From contig CBFGRV010000010.1 of assembly GCA_965651265.1 (NCBI GenBank), forward strand, positions 14,923-78,922: DNA of 64,000 nucleotides, read 5' to 3'. This stretch comes from an uncultured Rhodothermales bacterium. GTDB taxonomy: Bacteria > Bacteroidota > Rhodothermia > Rhodothermales > VXPQ01. The position numbers and the translations under genes were made by a program. A model generated the notes under the pieces. It searched no databases. It was not told where the DNA came from and worked only from the letters and a program-made list of their open reading frames with translations. Position 1 is the stretch's first letter. Each line of letters begins with the position of its first letter. Positions 46,116-57,233 of the stretch are shown here, piece after piece.

Positions 46116-47480
46116 TTACGCAGCGGCAAAGGCCGTCAGGAAACCATCCGCCCATCGATGCACATCCAGCCGGGCGACGCGTGACTTCAGCTGGGCCAGG
46201 CGCTCATGCTTCTCCTCGTGCGACATCTCGAGAGCTTCCTTGATAATATTCGTGAGCGCGAAATGGTCGTATGGATTGACCTGGAGCGCCTCAGGGAGTA
46301 GGTAGGCGGCGCCGGTGAGTTCCGAGAGCACGAGCACGCCCCGCTGGTTGGCTGCGATGAACTCCTGTGTCACCAGGTTCATTCCGTCGCGGAGCGGCGT
46401 GATGAGGCCGACGTCGGCCGCGCGGTAGAAGATGCAGAGCTCCTCCTGGGTGTAGGAGCGGTAGCGGTAATGCACGGGCACCCAGTTGCCCTGCGCGAAT
46501 GCACCGTTGATGCGCCCGACGGCCTCATCGACCTCCCGCTTGAGCTGCTGGTACGACTCGACCTCGGTACGGCTCGGAGTGGCCACCTGATAGAAGGCTA
46601 CCCTCTCATGGTATTCGGGATAGTCCTTTAGAAACTGCTCGAAAGCGAGGAGTCGCGAGAGGATGCCCTTCGTGTAATCGAGGCGATCGATCCCGACGAC
46701 GAGGAATTCCGCACCGACTTCCTCGCGAAGGTTCTCCGCTTCTTCGTCAACGGCCGCCGACATCCGCTCGAAACGCTCCACATCGATGCCGATCGGATGG
46801 GCTTCGACCCGAATCTTTCGCCCTCCCCAGTGTACTGTGCTTCCATCCACTTGTGCACCGAGCAGGACCCGCGCACTCTCGAGAAAGTTCTCGACGTACT
46901 CCTCAACGTGAAATCCGATGACATCGCACCCCAGGATTCCTTCCAGCAGGTCGCGGGCCCAGGGCAGAATGCGGAAAACTTCCATAGCCGGCCACGGGAT
47001 GTGCCAGAAGTGAGCCATCGTGGTTGTGGGAAGGCGCTCACGAATGCGCGCCGGAGCCAGCATGAGGTGATAGTCCTGAATCCAGATGTAATCGCCTTCC
47101 TGATATTCCTCGATCACTGCCGCGGCGAAGCGTGCGTTGACGGCTTCATACGCCTGCATGAATTCCGTCTCGAGCTCCAGGTGATGCACCATGTAATGGG
47201 AAATCGGCCACAGCACGCGGTTTGCCATGCCGTAGTAGTAATTCTGCAGCTCCTCTTCGGATAGCGGAATTCGCCGAACGGCGAATCGGGGGCGTTCGGC
47301 GGGGTATTCTTGACGAGACGGAACGTCATCCTCCTCCTTCATCGATACCCATACGCCGCCCTGCTCTTCCAGGACCGGAAGGAGTGCGGTGGCCAGCCCT
47401 CCTATTGAAGGAGACCAGCCTTCCGGAGTCTTACGTATCGGCGCCCGATTCGCGACGATGATCAACGACAACGGAGCCAC
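46116..47480 (-). CDS. otsA: Alpha,alpha-trehalose-phosphate synthase (GT20)
   Basis: [42 protein letters not shown]. Confidence 0.92.
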   Translation of the reverse strand: MAPLSLIIVANRAPIRKTPEGWSPSIGGLATALLPVLEEQGGVWVSMKEEDDVPSRQEYPAERPRFAVRRIPLSEEELQNYYYGMANRVLWPISHYMVHHLELETEFMQAYEAVNARFAAAVIEEYQEGDYIWIQDYHLMLAPARIRERLPTTTMAHFWHIPWPAMEVFRILPWARDLLEGILGCDVIGFHVEEYVENFLESARVLLGAQVDGSTVHWGGRKIRVEAHPIGIDVERFERMSAAVDEEAENLREEVGAEFLVVGIDRLDYTKGILSRLLAFEQFLKDYPEYHERVAFYQVATPSRTEVESYQQLKREVDEAVGRINGAFAQGNWVPVHYRYRSYTQEELCIFYRAADVGLITPLRDGMNLVTQEFIAANQRGVLVLSELTGAAYLLPEALQVNPYDHFALTNIIKEALEMSHEEKHERLAQLKSRVARLDVHRWADGFLTAFAAA

Positions 47481-47648
47481 CTGAGTCTATTACGAGAGTC
47501 ATCCGCTAGGTCTACATACTAACGCAGGCAGAGCTTCGTTTGCTCGAACCCGAAAAAGTCATCCGGAGCGCTGTAACGATCTGGGCGATCACAGCGCCGG
47601 CGCTCGCCGCAGACTTGGGCGATCGCAGCGCCGCCGTCGACCTGGCGT

Positions 47649-48545
47649 TCAATCGGCCGACCGCAAGACGAAAAAGTCGATGGAAGCAGATGCAAAGCTG
47701 CCAAAAACCCCTCTTCCTCCCTCGATGGGGTCCAGCACGTTGGGAATCTCACCGGGCGGCCGCGTCGAGCCGCCCTGCTGTACGCTGTGAGAACGGACGA
47801 AGTCATAAAGGTTGTCGTCGATGGCATGCGCGATGACACGGTTGCGTCCATAAAAATTGATTCCTAGCCATGGAAATGAGATGCGAAGAGCGCCGCCGAC
47901 CCGTTCAAAGCTCTCTTCGTTCAGGATGGGCGAAGCTCGCTCGCGAAGGTCGGCAAGGGTGATGTCGTCGCTTTCTTCGAGGATTCGGCGCGCAAAGGGC
48001 GTAAGCTGGCTGTCTAGACCGTCAAAAGCGCTGGTCGTGAAAATGAAGAAGCTCTGACGTCCGGGATAGAATGCACCGGCTACGTCGAAAGTAAAGGGGG
48101 CGTCCGATTGGTAAACGACGGTGTCCGGTCCGTTTGCGCGGACGGTGAACGTGTCGGGGACAGTCGTCGTGGCTGTAATGGTGGGATGGTCGGGCACATC
48201 GACCACGAGCCGATAGGTGCGCAGCGGCTCGACAGGTTCATCTTGACCTGGGAGGAGACGATATAGGCCGTTGGATCGTGCTAAATATCCGTACATATAC
48301 TCCTCGACAATTTCGCCATTGTCACTTAGCCACTGGATGCTAACCCGGGCATCCGTAACGGCCGCCGAAGCCGGATCCGCGTCTACTTCAAGTGCGCTTG
48401 TCGTCGTCACACGAATGGACGGAAAACTCTTGCCGGCCTCGAGGAAACCACTCACTACGATCTCCGGCTCGAATTGGGAGGGCTCCAGTAGGCCGCAGCC
48501 GCTCAGTACCATCAACAGTATGCCTATATGTATAAAAGACTTCAT
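47649..48545 (-). CDS. DUF4249-family lipoprotein
   Basis: Lipobox VLSGC followed by the IVVSGFLEAGKSFPSIRVTTT pattern I associate with DUF4249. Its start codon directly abuts the stop of the upstream TonB-dependent receptor. Confidence 0.75.
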   Translation of the reverse strand: MKSFIHIGILLMVLSGCGLLEPSQFEPEIVVSGFLEAGKSFPSIRVTTTSALEVDADPASAAVTDARVSIQWLSDNGEIVEEYMYGYLARSNGLYRLLPGQDEPVEPLRTYRLVVDVPDHPTITATTTVPDTFTVRANGPDTVVYQSDAPFTFDVAGAFYPGRQSFFIFTTSAFDGLDSQLTPFARRILEESDDITLADLRERASPILNEESFERVGGALRISFPWLGINFYGRNRVIAHAIDDNLYDFVRSHSVQQGGSTRPPGEIPNVLDPIEGGRGVFGSFASASIDFFVLRSAD

Positions 48546-50798
48546 CTAAAAGCGAAGAGTGAATGACAGGTTCGGAACGGGGATCGGGATCTGTGGAACC
48601 TCGGTTTTGTCGATCTCTCCGTCCCTGGCAAAATTGTAGAAATAAAACCACGTATTGCGACGGCTATACAGATTGATCACCTGGGCCGACAGTTCGAATG
48701 CAGCACTTCCGAACATCGTACCCCGCCGCGTAATCCCCACATCCAGCCGGTGGTAAGGAGGTAGGCGGTCGTTGTTGTACTCGGTCACGAGTACGTTCCA
48801 GTCGGCCGATTCGAACGGGGACGCGACTTGATACCGACCCAAAGGCCGCGTATAGGCCTGCCCTGAGGCAAAAGACCACACCGCATTCATGCGCCAGACA
48901 CGCGAAAGGTCATAGTTCAGCACGAAGTGGATGTCGTGTGTGCGATCGTACTTGGGCGTGTAGTAAACGCCTTCGTTTACATCCGGAAATCGACGCTTCG
49001 TCCGGCTCCATGTGTAGGCGAGGAAGCCGTTGAACCGACCCGTATGGCGTCGCAATAACGCCTCAAATCCGTATGCAAATCCATCCCCAAAATGGAACAG
49101 GTCGGCGTAGTCCAGTCCCGCCGGATCGGGCACGCTCGGGTCGAGCTCGAAGAGATCTCGCATCGTGCGGTAGTACATCTCTACATCCAGATCGAATCGG
49201 CCCAAGTCGGCTTTGGCGCCGAGGACGAATTGGTCGCCGTAGGCCGGTGGCACGCCATCACCTGTCGTGAGCCACGTGTCGAAGCCGGAGAAGAGCTCGC
49301 TCGTGATGAGCGTCAAGAACTGATAATACCGCCCGTAGGCCGCCTGGAGGCGTAGATCACCGGTCAGATCGTAATCCGCTGAAAGCCGCGGTGCCAGACG
49401 GAAAAAGGCGCCCTCCTCGAAGTAATTCGCGCGCAGACCGCCTCGGAGCGTAACAGCCGTTGTCGGGCGATATGTGTTCTGCACATAGACGGACGTATAC
49501 ACGCTGTTCAGTGAAGCATCGAGCGTCTCCTGATCGTCGAACAGATTCGTCAACCCGAAGGTGAATACTCCGCTCCAGAATCCGACCTCCGCCGTAAAGC
49601 GATCGTTCGGCAAGTATTCGAAGTCACCTTTGAGGGAGGCCTCCCCGACGCGATTTCGCTGGCTGAAAGATGTACCGGCGAGGATCAGGTCCGGTCGGCT
49701 CAGGTATCGAGAGCCCGTGGCGGTGAACGTCGAGAAGAGCCGCTGCGAGAACAGATGCGTCCAGTTCAGGCTGATCGTTCGATTGCCGTAAACGAGATGG
49801 ACCTGGGCATCGTCCAGAAATTCGATGTCGAGGGCGTCGCGGCCCGCGTAGAAAGCAAGAGAGAGCCGGTCATTGCCGGACAGATCGAAGTTTAGCTTGC
49901 CGTTGGCATCGACGAAGTGGAAGGCGTCGGGAATGCCTTCCACGTTCGACTGGCGAAGCGCGTAAAGAAGCGGCTCGAGCGTAGAGCGGCGCAAGGCAAT
50001 CATGTACGATCCGCGGCTGTACGGGCCCTCCACGACCACACTCGAGGAGAGCAAACCGACACTGAGGCCGCCCTCGAACTCGCGCCGATTGCCGTCCCGG
50101 TTGTAGATGTCCACCACGGCGCCCAGGCGCCCTCCGTAATTGGCCGGGTATCCTCCCTTGTAGACCCGGACATTTTTGATGGCATCGGGATTGAACGTGG
50201 AGAAGAAGCCGAAGAAGTGGGATGGATTGTAGACCGTGGTGCGATCGAGCAGGATAAGGGTCTGGTCCGGACTGCCGCCGCGAATGTAGAGGCCGCTCGA
50301 GTAGTCGGATGCTGCCTTGATGCCCGGAAGCAGCTGCAGTGAACGGAAGACGTCGGGTTGCAGGACGGCAGGAAGCTGCCGGATGAGGTCCGTCTGCAGC
50401 TGCATTACCCCCACGCGACGCACTTCTTCGTCCAGAAGCTCGTCCGCCGTGATGGTGATCTCACCCACTTCATACTCCTGTGGCTGAAGCTCGATATCGA
50501 GCCGCCGCTCCTCCCCGGCCGCGAGGACGACCTCGATTCGTGCGGGTCTGTACCCGATGTAGCTTGCGACGATGGTGTACTCGCCCGGCCCAAGTCCGGT
50601 CAGGGCGTAGTAGCCGGCGTGGTTCGTCGCCGCTCCGATCGAAGTCCCGTCGATGCGGACATGCGCGGTCAGCAGCGTCTCGCCGGACGTTGCGTCCGTA
50701 ACATATCCGGCGATCGATGCCGTCTGCGCGGTGGCCTCGCCGAGCATCGCCATCGCACAGCACAAAATCACAGCCGTCAAACGGCGCGGCAACAGCAT
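48546..50798 (-). CDS. TonB-dependent outer-membrane receptor with N-terminal CarboxypepD_reg-like domain
   Basis: Signal peptide MLLPRRLTAVILCCAMAMLGEATAQ, IAGYVTDATSGETL, a plug (NVRVYKGGYPANYGGRLGAV), and a terminal beta-strand ending F. ATG 50798 is preferred over the track's GTG 50831. Confidence 0.85.
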   Translation of the reverse strand: MLLPRRLTAVILCCAMAMLGEATAQTASIAGYVTDATSGETLLTAHVRIDGTSIGAATNHAGYYALTGLGPGEYTIVASYIGYRPARIEVVLAAGEERRLDIELQPQEYEVGEITITADELLDEEVRRVGVMQLQTDLIRQLPAVLQPDVFRSLQLLPGIKAASDYSSGLYIRGGSPDQTLILLDRTTVYNPSHFFGFFSTFNPDAIKNVRVYKGGYPANYGGRLGAVVDIYNRDGNRREFEGGLSVGLLSSSVVVEGPYSRGSYMIALRRSTLEPLLYALRQSNVEGIPDAFHFVDANGKLNFDLSGNDRLSLAFYAGRDALDIEFLDDAQVHLVYGNRTISLNWTHLFSQRLFSTFTATGSRYLSRPDLILAGTSFSQRNRVGEASLKGDFEYLPNDRFTAEVGFWSGVFTFGLTNLFDDQETLDASLNSVYTSVYVQNTYRPTTAVTLRGGLRANYFEEGAFFRLAPRLSADYDLTGDLRLQAAYGRYYQFLTLITSELFSGFDTWLTTGDGVPPAYGDQFVLGAKADLGRFDLDVEMYYRTMRDLFELDPSVPDPAGLDYADLFHFGDGFAYGFEALLRRHTGRFNGFLAYTWSRTKRRFPDVNEGVYYTPKYDRTHDIHFVLNYDLSRVWRMNAVWSFASGQAYTRPLGRYQVASPFESADWNVLVTEYNNDRLPPYHRLDVGITRRGTMFGSAAFELSAQVINLYSRRNTWFYFYNFARDGEIDKTEVPQIPIPVPNLSFTLRF

Positions 50799-51077
50799 CA
50801 CCGGTCCCCTTCCCTCGCTTCTAATCCGCACTAAACACCTCGAGTGGGAATTGACCCCGAATCCACATAGAGGATCGGATCATCTTTTCACACATATCTT
50901 TTAATAACAGGTCATTAGGATGACGCATTTCTACGTGCAAAAATGGCACATCTCGCCGTTTTTCCGTATTTTTTTCCGATTTGATCAAGCTGCCTCAAGA
51001 TCGGCGCAGCCGGTCACGAACGCACCTTTCCCACCGGGTGTCGAGATAGCTTCTTTGAGCCAGCATTTAATCCCCGA

Positions 51078-53717
51078 ATGGAACAAGAGACTCCCCGGGT
51101 AATCCCGGTCAATATTGAGGAGGAGATGAAATCCTCCTACATCGACTATTCGATGTCGGTGATCGTCAGCCGCGCGCTGCCGGACGTGCGCGACGGGCTG
51201 AAGCCGGTACATCGCCGGGTGCTGTATGGGATGAGCGATCTCGGGCTCACGGCCGGTGCCGCCTACAAAAAGAGCGCCCGCGTCGTCGGCGAGGTACTCG
51301 GCAAATATCATCCGCACGGGGATTCGTCGGTCTACGATACGATGGTCCGGATGGCGCAGGAGTTCTCCATGCGCTATCCGCTCGTGGACGGCCAGGGCAA
51401 CTTCGGCTCCATCGACGGCGATTCTGCCGCGGCCATGCGGTATACGGAAGCGCGGATGACAAAGATCGCGGAGGAAATGCTCCGCGACATCAACAAGGAT
51501 ACCGTCGACTTCCAGGAGAACTTCGACGGCTCGCTGGAGGAACCCAGCGTTCTCCCCGCCGCCATCCCCAATCTTCTGCTCAATGGCTCCGACGGCATCG
51601 CCGTCGGTATGGCTACGAAGATTCCACCGCACAATCTGCGTGAGACGGTCGATGCGACCATCGCCTACATCGACGATCCGTCCATCGACGTCGCCGGATT
51701 GATGGAGCACCTGCCGGCGCCGGATTTCCCTACGGGCGGCATCATCTTCGGTTACAAAGGCGTGCGAGAGGCCTACGAAACGGGGCGTGGGCGTGTGGTG
51801 ATGCGTGCCCGGATAGGGGAAGAGGAGGTTCGCCCGGGTCGCAATGCGCTGGTGATCACCGAGATCCCATATCAGGTCAACAAGAGCACCCTCATCGAAA
51901 AGATCGCGTACCTGGTCAAGGAGAAGCGGATCGAAGGCATCTCGGACTTGCGCGATGAGAGCGACCGGGAAGGCCTGCGCGTGGTCATCGAGCTGAAGGG
52001 CGATGCCGTGCCGCTCGTCGTGCAGAATCAGCTGTTCAAGTACACCCAGTGTCAGCAGACCTTCGGCGTCAACATGGTCGCTCTCGTGAACGGCCGGCCG
52101 AAAACCATCACGCTGAAGGATGCGATCAAGCATTACGTCGACCATCGGCACGAGGTCGTCGTACGGCGCACCGAGTTCGACCTTCGAAAAGCCGAGGAAC
52201 GCGCGCACATCCTCGAGGGGCTCACCATTGCCCTCGATCACCTCGACCAGGTGATCACCATCATCCGCCACTCCGAGGACACCGACGCCGCCCGGCGCAA
52301 CCTGATGGCGGGCGTGTACCCGGATCGGCTCACCGACGCGCAGCTGGAAAGGCTGGGCCTTCCCCCGCGATCCGACGAGGCCATGTTCGAGCTCACCGAA
52401 GTGCAGGCAGACGCCATCCTCGCCCTGCGTCTGAGTCGGCTCACCGGCCTGGAGCGTCAGAAGATCGAGGATGAGTATCGCGAGATTTTGCAGGAAATCG
52501 AACGGCTGAAGAGCATCCTGGCGAGCCGTGACCTGCGGATGCAAATCATCAAGGACGAGCTCCTCGACGTCAAGGACCGCTTTGGCGACGATCGCCGTAC
52601 GGAGATCGACTACACCGGCGGCGACGACATCGACATCGAGGATCTCATCGAAGAAGAGCAGGTCGTCGTCACCATCACCCATCAGGGGCTGATCAAACGC
52701 ACGCCCGTTACCGAGTACCGTAAGCAGGGACGTGGCGGAATCGGCATGAAAGGCAGTGGACGGCGCGATGAAGACTACATCGAACATCTCTTCGTCTCCT
52801 CGACCCACGACTACCTCCTCTTCTTCACGGACGACGGGCTGTGCTACTGGCTGCGCGTATACCAGATTCCGGAGGGCGCGCGCATCGCGAAGGGGCGATC
52901 CATCCGCAATCTGATCCAGATCGAACCGAATGACCGTGTCCGCGCCGTGCTCGCCTTGCCGAAGGGGCATTTCGAGGATCCGGACTTCCTCAACAGCCAT
53001 TTCGTGATGATGGCCACCCGTCAGGGTCAGGTCAAGAAGACGCCGCTCGAGGCGTTCAGCCGACCGCGGGCCGGCGGGATCATCGCGATCTCGATCGTGG
53101 ATGGTGACGAGCTGATCGAGGCCAGCCTCACGAACGGCGAGGCACACGTGTTGCTCGCCGCCTCCAACGGGCGTTCAGTCCGGTTCAACGAGGCAGACGT
53201 CCGGCCGATGGGACGTAACACCCGCGGGGTGCGCGGAATCTCACTCGGGCCCGACGAGAAGGTCGTCGGCATGGTCGTCTTCACGGAGGGGGATCGGCAG
53301 GTGCTCTCCATCAGTGAGAACGGGTACGGCAAGCGCACGAAGCTCGACGAGTATCGCGTGCAGTCGCGCGGCGGCAAGGGCATCATCACGATGAAGACCA
53401 CGCCGAAGACGGGCAAGCTCGTGGCCGTGATGGGCGTCCTCGACTCGGATGACCTCATGATCGTGACGCGCAAAGGGCTGATGATCCGCATGCACGTGGA
53501 CGACATCAGCACGCAGGGTCGCAATACCCAGGGCGTGCGCGTCATCAACCTCAAGTCGGATGACGCCATTGCGGACGTGACTCGAGTGGTCGTGGAAGAG
53601 GATGAGGATAGCGTCGTGGGTGGAAATGGGCTTCCGGATGATGGCGGAGATGTGTCCGCGTCCACCGATACCCCGTCGCAGGATGGCGAGCCTTCCACCA
53701 ACGGTGAGGTAGAGTAG
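51078..53717 (+). CDS. gyrA: DNA gyrase subunit A
   Basis: DGLKPVHRR, active-site region AAMRYTE, the QRDR-like [13 protein letters not shown], a C-terminal beta-pinwheel with GyrA-box-like QGRGG, and an acidic tail. Confidence 0.97.
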   Translation: MEQETPRVIPVNIEEEMKSSYIDYSMSVIVSRALPDVRDGLKPVHRRVLYGMSDLGLTAGAAYKKSARVVGEVLGKYHPHGDSSVYDTMVRMAQEFSMRYPLVDGQGNFGSIDGDSAAAMRYTEARMTKIAEEMLRDINKDTVDFQENFDGSLEEPSVLPAAIPNLLLNGSDGIAVGMATKIPPHNLRETVDATIAYIDDPSIDVAGLMEHLPAPDFPTGGIIFGYKGVREAYETGRGRVVMRARIGEEEVRPGRNALVITEIPYQVNKSTLIEKIAYLVKEKRIEGISDLRDESDREGLRVVIELKGDAVPLVVQNQLFKYTQCQQTFGVNMVALVNGRPKTITLKDAIKHYVDHRHEVVVRRTEFDLRKAEERAHILEGLTIALDHLDQVITIIRHSEDTDAARRNLMAGVYPDRLTDAQLERLGLPPRSDEAMFELTEVQADAILALRLSRLTGLERQKIEDEYREILQEIERLKSILASRDLRMQIIKDELLDVKDRFGDDRRTEIDYTGGDDIDIEDLIEEEQVVVTITHQGLIKRTPVTEYRKQGRGGIGMKGSGRRDEDYIEHLFVSSTHDYLLFFTDDGLCYWLRVYQIPEGARIAKGRSIRNLIQIEPNDRVRAVLALPKGHFEDPDFLNSHFVMMATRQGQVKKTPLEAFSRPRAGGIIAISIVDGDELIEASLTNGEAHVLLAASNGRSVRFNEADVRPMGRNTRGVRGISLGPDEKVVGMVVFTEGDRQVLSISENGYGKRTKLDEYRVQSRGGKGIITMKTTPKTGKLVAVMGVLDSDDLMIVTRKGLMIRMHVDDISTQGRNTQGVRVINLKSDDAIADVTRVVVEEDEDSVVGGNGLPDDGGDVSASTDTPSQDGEPSTNGEVE

Positions 53718-53724
53718 CGACTCG

Positions 53725-55740
53725 ATGCGTTTCGCTCTGTGGTTCGTGGTGGGGATGCTCGTTTTTGGCATCGACGTCGCGGCACAGGAGCATGCTCCGG
53801 ATTCGCTACCGGCCTACGAGCTGCAGGAGATCGTCGTCCGGGACGAACAGCGGGTCGAGGCGCAGGTATTCACGCTGCAGCGTGTGACGGCCGCGACCCT
53901 CGAGCAGTCCACCGCGTCATCTGCTTCGCAGCTGGCCCGGCTACTTCCATCCGCACACGTCCCCACGAATTCGCGCGGGGAGTCGCTGCTCTATTTCCGC
54001 GGCGCCGGCGAGCGTCAGACGGCCATATTTCTCGATGGAGCCCTGTTGAACGTCCCGTGGGACAATCGGCTCGATCTGGCGCTCATCCCGGCCGGACTCA
54101 TCGGGGGAATCACCATCGCCAAGGGCGCCCCGGCCATCGAGTACGGAGCGAATGTGCTCGGGGGCGCCGTCAACCTGACCACGCCGCGGCTCGAGTACGG
54201 CAGCCGCCTCACCGAAATCGGCGCTGCCTACGGCTCCGCGCAAACGAGAGAGGTGGAGCTTACTCATCGAGGACGGGTCGGTGGCTTCAGCTATGCAGCC
54301 GGGGCAGGCCACGTTCAGCGCGACGGGCTGCCCCTTCCTGCGGATGCCGACCTCCCGTACAACCAGTCGAGCACGCGTCTTCGTACCAACTCGGACCGGC
54401 GGATCGGTCATGCCTTTGCGCGCGGGGCGTATGCCTTCTCGCCACATGGCCAGATGGGCATTACGTTGGTCCACATCGATGCGGACCAGGGAGTCGCGCC
54501 GGAAAGTCACATCCCGATGGAGGAGGCCCGTCTCTGGCGCTATCCGGACTGGCAGTACACGCTGGGCATCGTGAGTGGCGAGGGCGCGCTCGGTGTCGGC
54601 ACGCGCTGGAAGGCTTCCGGATGGGTCGGCAACTTCCATCAAACCATCGACGCGTACGATTCGCTCGAGTACACCTCTGCCGTGGCGCGTGAGGACCATC
54701 ACGACGTGACCGCCGGCGCGCGGTTTACTCTGGCTCAGGACCTCGGCCCAGGCACGATGCGGTTGTCGGCGAACGGTCTCATATCGACGCACAGGCAGCG
54801 CGATCGGGAGCTTGACCCTGAGGAGCACTTGGGGGGAGCAGTGCTCTCTCAACGCCTCATTTACCGGCAACAGCTTGCCGGCCTTGGTGCTGCTTACGAA
54901 ATGCCGGTCCTGGATGGCCTCTACGTGGCAGCCAGCGTCTCCATCGATGTGATGCGAATGCCAACAACCGGTGATAAACCGGAACGAGACCCGTTTACGG
55001 ATTATAGCTACTCGCTTGGCGCGCGCTACGCCCTCGCCGACGGAATCTTTGCCCGTGGTGTGATCGGGCGTAAGACGCGTTTCCCAACTATGCGTGAGCT
55101 CTTCGGTGAAGCACTCAACCGATTCCTCCTCAATCCGGACCTCAAACCGGAGTCAGCTCTCCTTGCGGAGGTCGCGGTTGGAGTCGAGCAGGATCGCATC
55201 CGGATCGAAGTAATCCCCTTCCTGAACCGAACGACCGGGACACTCGACCAGCGCTTCGTTGACGTAGAAGACGGCCGTAAAAGGCAGCGCATCAATCTCG
55301 CCGGCAGCAGCGTCGTGGGCATCGAATTGACGGCGGATGCCCGACTATTCCGGCACGTTCAGGCCGTGAGCTCCCTCACTCTGATGGATATCAGACGGAA
55401 GCAGGATGCGCCGGAAGACCCCATCCGCCATGCCGAGAAGCCCGGTGCGCTCGGCGTCGCGATGGTGCGCTATGCGGGCCCGCAGGGACTCTCTGCTTCG
55501 GTCGAATCCGTATACACCGGCCGCGCCTATTCGCTGGATTCGACGGACGAATTGGTGCCGCTGCCGCGCTCCGTCGAGCTCAACGCTCGCATCGGTTATC
55601 GGCTGGATGGGCTCGTGCAGCGTGCCAGCGCCGAGCTATTCGCACGCGTCGACAATCTCACGGACGCGCTCGTCGTACCACAGCTGGGCCTGCCCGGTCC
55701 GGGCCGCATGTTCCGCATCGGGCTGAAGCTGAGTTTCTAG
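53725..55740 (+). CDS. TonB-dependent receptor (plug + 22-strand-type barrel)
   Basis: Signal peptide, plug motifs (LLYFRGAGERQTAIFLDGALLNVPWDNR, YGANVLGGAVNL), and C-terminal ...FRIGLKLSF. Starts 7 nt after the gyrA stop. Confidence 0.85.
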   Translation: MRFALWFVVGMLVFGIDVAAQEHAPDSLPAYELQEIVVRDEQRVEAQVFTLQRVTAATLEQSTASSASQLARLLPSAHVPTNSRGESLLYFRGAGERQTAIFLDGALLNVPWDNRLDLALIPAGLIGGITIAKGAPAIEYGANVLGGAVNLTTPRLEYGSRLTEIGAAYGSAQTREVELTHRGRVGGFSYAAGAGHVQRDGLPLPADADLPYNQSSTRLRTNSDRRIGHAFARGAYAFSPHGQMGITLVHIDADQGVAPESHIPMEEARLWRYPDWQYTLGIVSGEGALGVGTRWKASGWVGNFHQTIDAYDSLEYTSAVAREDHHDVTAGARFTLAQDLGPGTMRLSANGLISTHRQRDRELDPEEHLGGAVLSQRLIYRQQLAGLGAAYEMPVLDGLYVAASVSIDVMRMPTTGDKPERDPFTDYSYSLGARYALADGIFARGVIGRKTRFPTMRELFGEALNRFLLNPDLKPESALLAEVAVGVEQDRIRIEVIPFLNRTTGTLDQRFVDVEDGRKRQRINLAGSSVVGIELTADARLFRHVQAVSSLTLMDIRRKQDAPEDPIRHAEKPGALGVAMVRYAGPQGLSASVESVYTGRAYSLDSTDELVPLPRSVELNARIGYRLDGLVQRASAELFARVDNLTDALVVPQLGLPGPGRMFRIGLKLSF

Positions 55741-55826
55741 CCATCTACCCCACCAGAGGTCGGCCTCTCTCCGGCTCTCGACGTGCTTCCTCAGATGCGG
55801 CGGTTTTATCTGCTCTCGCGGGCCCC

Positions 55827-57233
55827 TTACTTCTCGCGGAGCGACTCCTTCAGCTCACGATGCAGCGTCGTCTGCTGTACCGGTCGATGCTCCTGGTCGA
55901 CGGCCTCCACCACCTTGCCTATGATTTCGACGCCCTCATCGATCTGCTCCCGCGTGATGATGAGCGGCGATCGGAATCGAACCGATTTACGGCCGCATCC
56001 GAGAATGATGAGCCCCTCCTGAAAGCACCGTTCGATGACGGCATCGCGGAAGCGCCCATCCGGCAGATCGAAGGCGCACATCAGGCCGCGTCCGCGAACG
56101 TTCGTGACGGCCGGCATGGCTTCCTGCAGCTCGTAGAGCCGGGACTGCAGATAGCTGCCCTTCTCCCCGGCCTCCTCCACGAGCCGATCCCTCTCGATGA
56201 TCTCGAGGATTCGGTCGAAGCGGACCATATCCACCAGATTCCCGCCCCAGGTAGAATTGATGCGGCTCGGTACGTGAAAGACATTGTCCTCGACGTCATC
56301 CAACCGGCGCCCGGCCAGAATGCCGCAGATCTGCGTTTTCTTGCCGAATGCGATGATGTCGGGCTCGACCTCCAATGCCTGATGCGCCCAGAACTTGCCC
56401 GTAATGCCGACTCCCGACTGCACCTCGTCGAAGATGAGCAAGGCGTCGTTCTCGAGAGCCAGGTCTTTGAGCCGGCGCAGGAACTCGGGCCTGAAGTGAT
56501 TGTCGCCGCCTTCGCCCTGAATAGGCTCGATGATGATGGCGGCGATATCGTCGCGCCGCTCGAGGAAGTGCATTTTCGCCTGCGCGATGGCCAGTTCTTC
56601 GGCCTTTTCTACCTCCTCGAGATGCTCCTCGAGCGGGAAGATGATCTTGGGATTCAGAACGCGCGGCCAATCGAACTTCGGGAAATACTGCGTCTTGCGC
56701 GGGTCGGCCGTGTTGGTCAGGGAGAGCGTGTAGCCGGATCGGCCGTGAAACGCCTGCTCGAAATGGAGAACCTGGCTGCCGAGCTCCCGCCGGTATCCCT
56801 TCTGGAAGTTCTTGCGGACCTTCCAATCAAAGGCCGCCTTGAGGGCGTTCTCGACGGCCAGCGCGCCGCCTGAGATGAAAAACGCGTAGGGAAGGTACTC
56901 GGGGATGGCGACGCGCCCGAACGTCTCGACGAAGCGCGCGCTATGCACCGTCGCGATGTCGGAGTTGGTGATCTTGTTCGCGGCCGCCTCCATCAGGCGT
57001 TTCATGAACTCCTGGTCCTCGAGAAGCGCCGGATGATTCATGCCGACGGCGCTGGAGGCATAGAATCCGAAGAAATCGAGGTACCGCTTGCCTGTGACCT
57101 GGTCGTAGAGATCGAGACCGCGGCTGCGCTCCATGTCCAGCACAATCGGCATCATCCCTTTCGTCAGGATGTGCGTGCTGAGGATCTCACGGGCTTTCTC
57201 CGGAGCGAAGCTGCTGTCAACTGTAGTTTCCAT
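55827..57233 (-). CDS. lat: L-lysine 6-transaminase (class III aminotransferase)
   Basis: Closely resembles my recollection of Lat: GGALAVENALKAAFDWK, AFHGRSGYTLSLTNT, EPIQGEGGD.HFRPEF, LIFDEVQ.G.G.TG, FGKKTQ.CG, NSTWGGNL. Trimmed to METTVDSS at 57233; the track's extra 105 aa are unconserved-looking. Confidence 0.88.
   Translation of the reverse strand: METTVDSSFAPEKAREILSTHILTKGMMPIVLDMERSRGLDLYDQVTGKRYLDFFGFYASSAVGMNHPALLEDQEFMKRLMEAAANKITNSDIATVHSARFVETFGRVAIPEYLPYAFFISGGALAVENALKAAFDWKVRKNFQKGYRRELGSQVLHFEQAFHGRSGYTLSLTNTADPRKTQYFPKFDWPRVLNPKIIFPLEEHLEEVEKAEELAIAQAKMHFLERRDDIAAIIIEPIQGEGGDNHFRPEFLRRLKDLALENDALLIFDEVQSGVGITGKFWAHQALEVEPDIIAFGKKTQICGILAGRRLDDVEDNVFHVPSRINSTWGGNLVDMVRFDRILEIIERDRLVEEAGEKGSYLQSRLYELQEAMPAVTNVRGRGLMCAFDLPDGRFRDAVIERCFQEGLIILGCGRKSVRFRSPLIITREQIDEGVEIIGKVVEAVDQEHRPVQQTTLHRELKESLREK

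Noticed and set aside
50985-53147. A 720-aa ORF on the minus strand opposite gyrA. Similar long antisense ORFs lie at 43365-44342, 20292-21503, 22773-23852, 36291-37484, 29114-30187, 55860-56873, 53941-54870, 16277-17188, 13238-13984, 42416-43165 and 8608-9408.
   Set aside because: Each lies fully antisense to a gene with clear family motifs. Their translations are Arg/Ala/Gly/Pro-rich low-information sequence typical of shadow ORFs in GC-rich DNA, with no recognisable domains.
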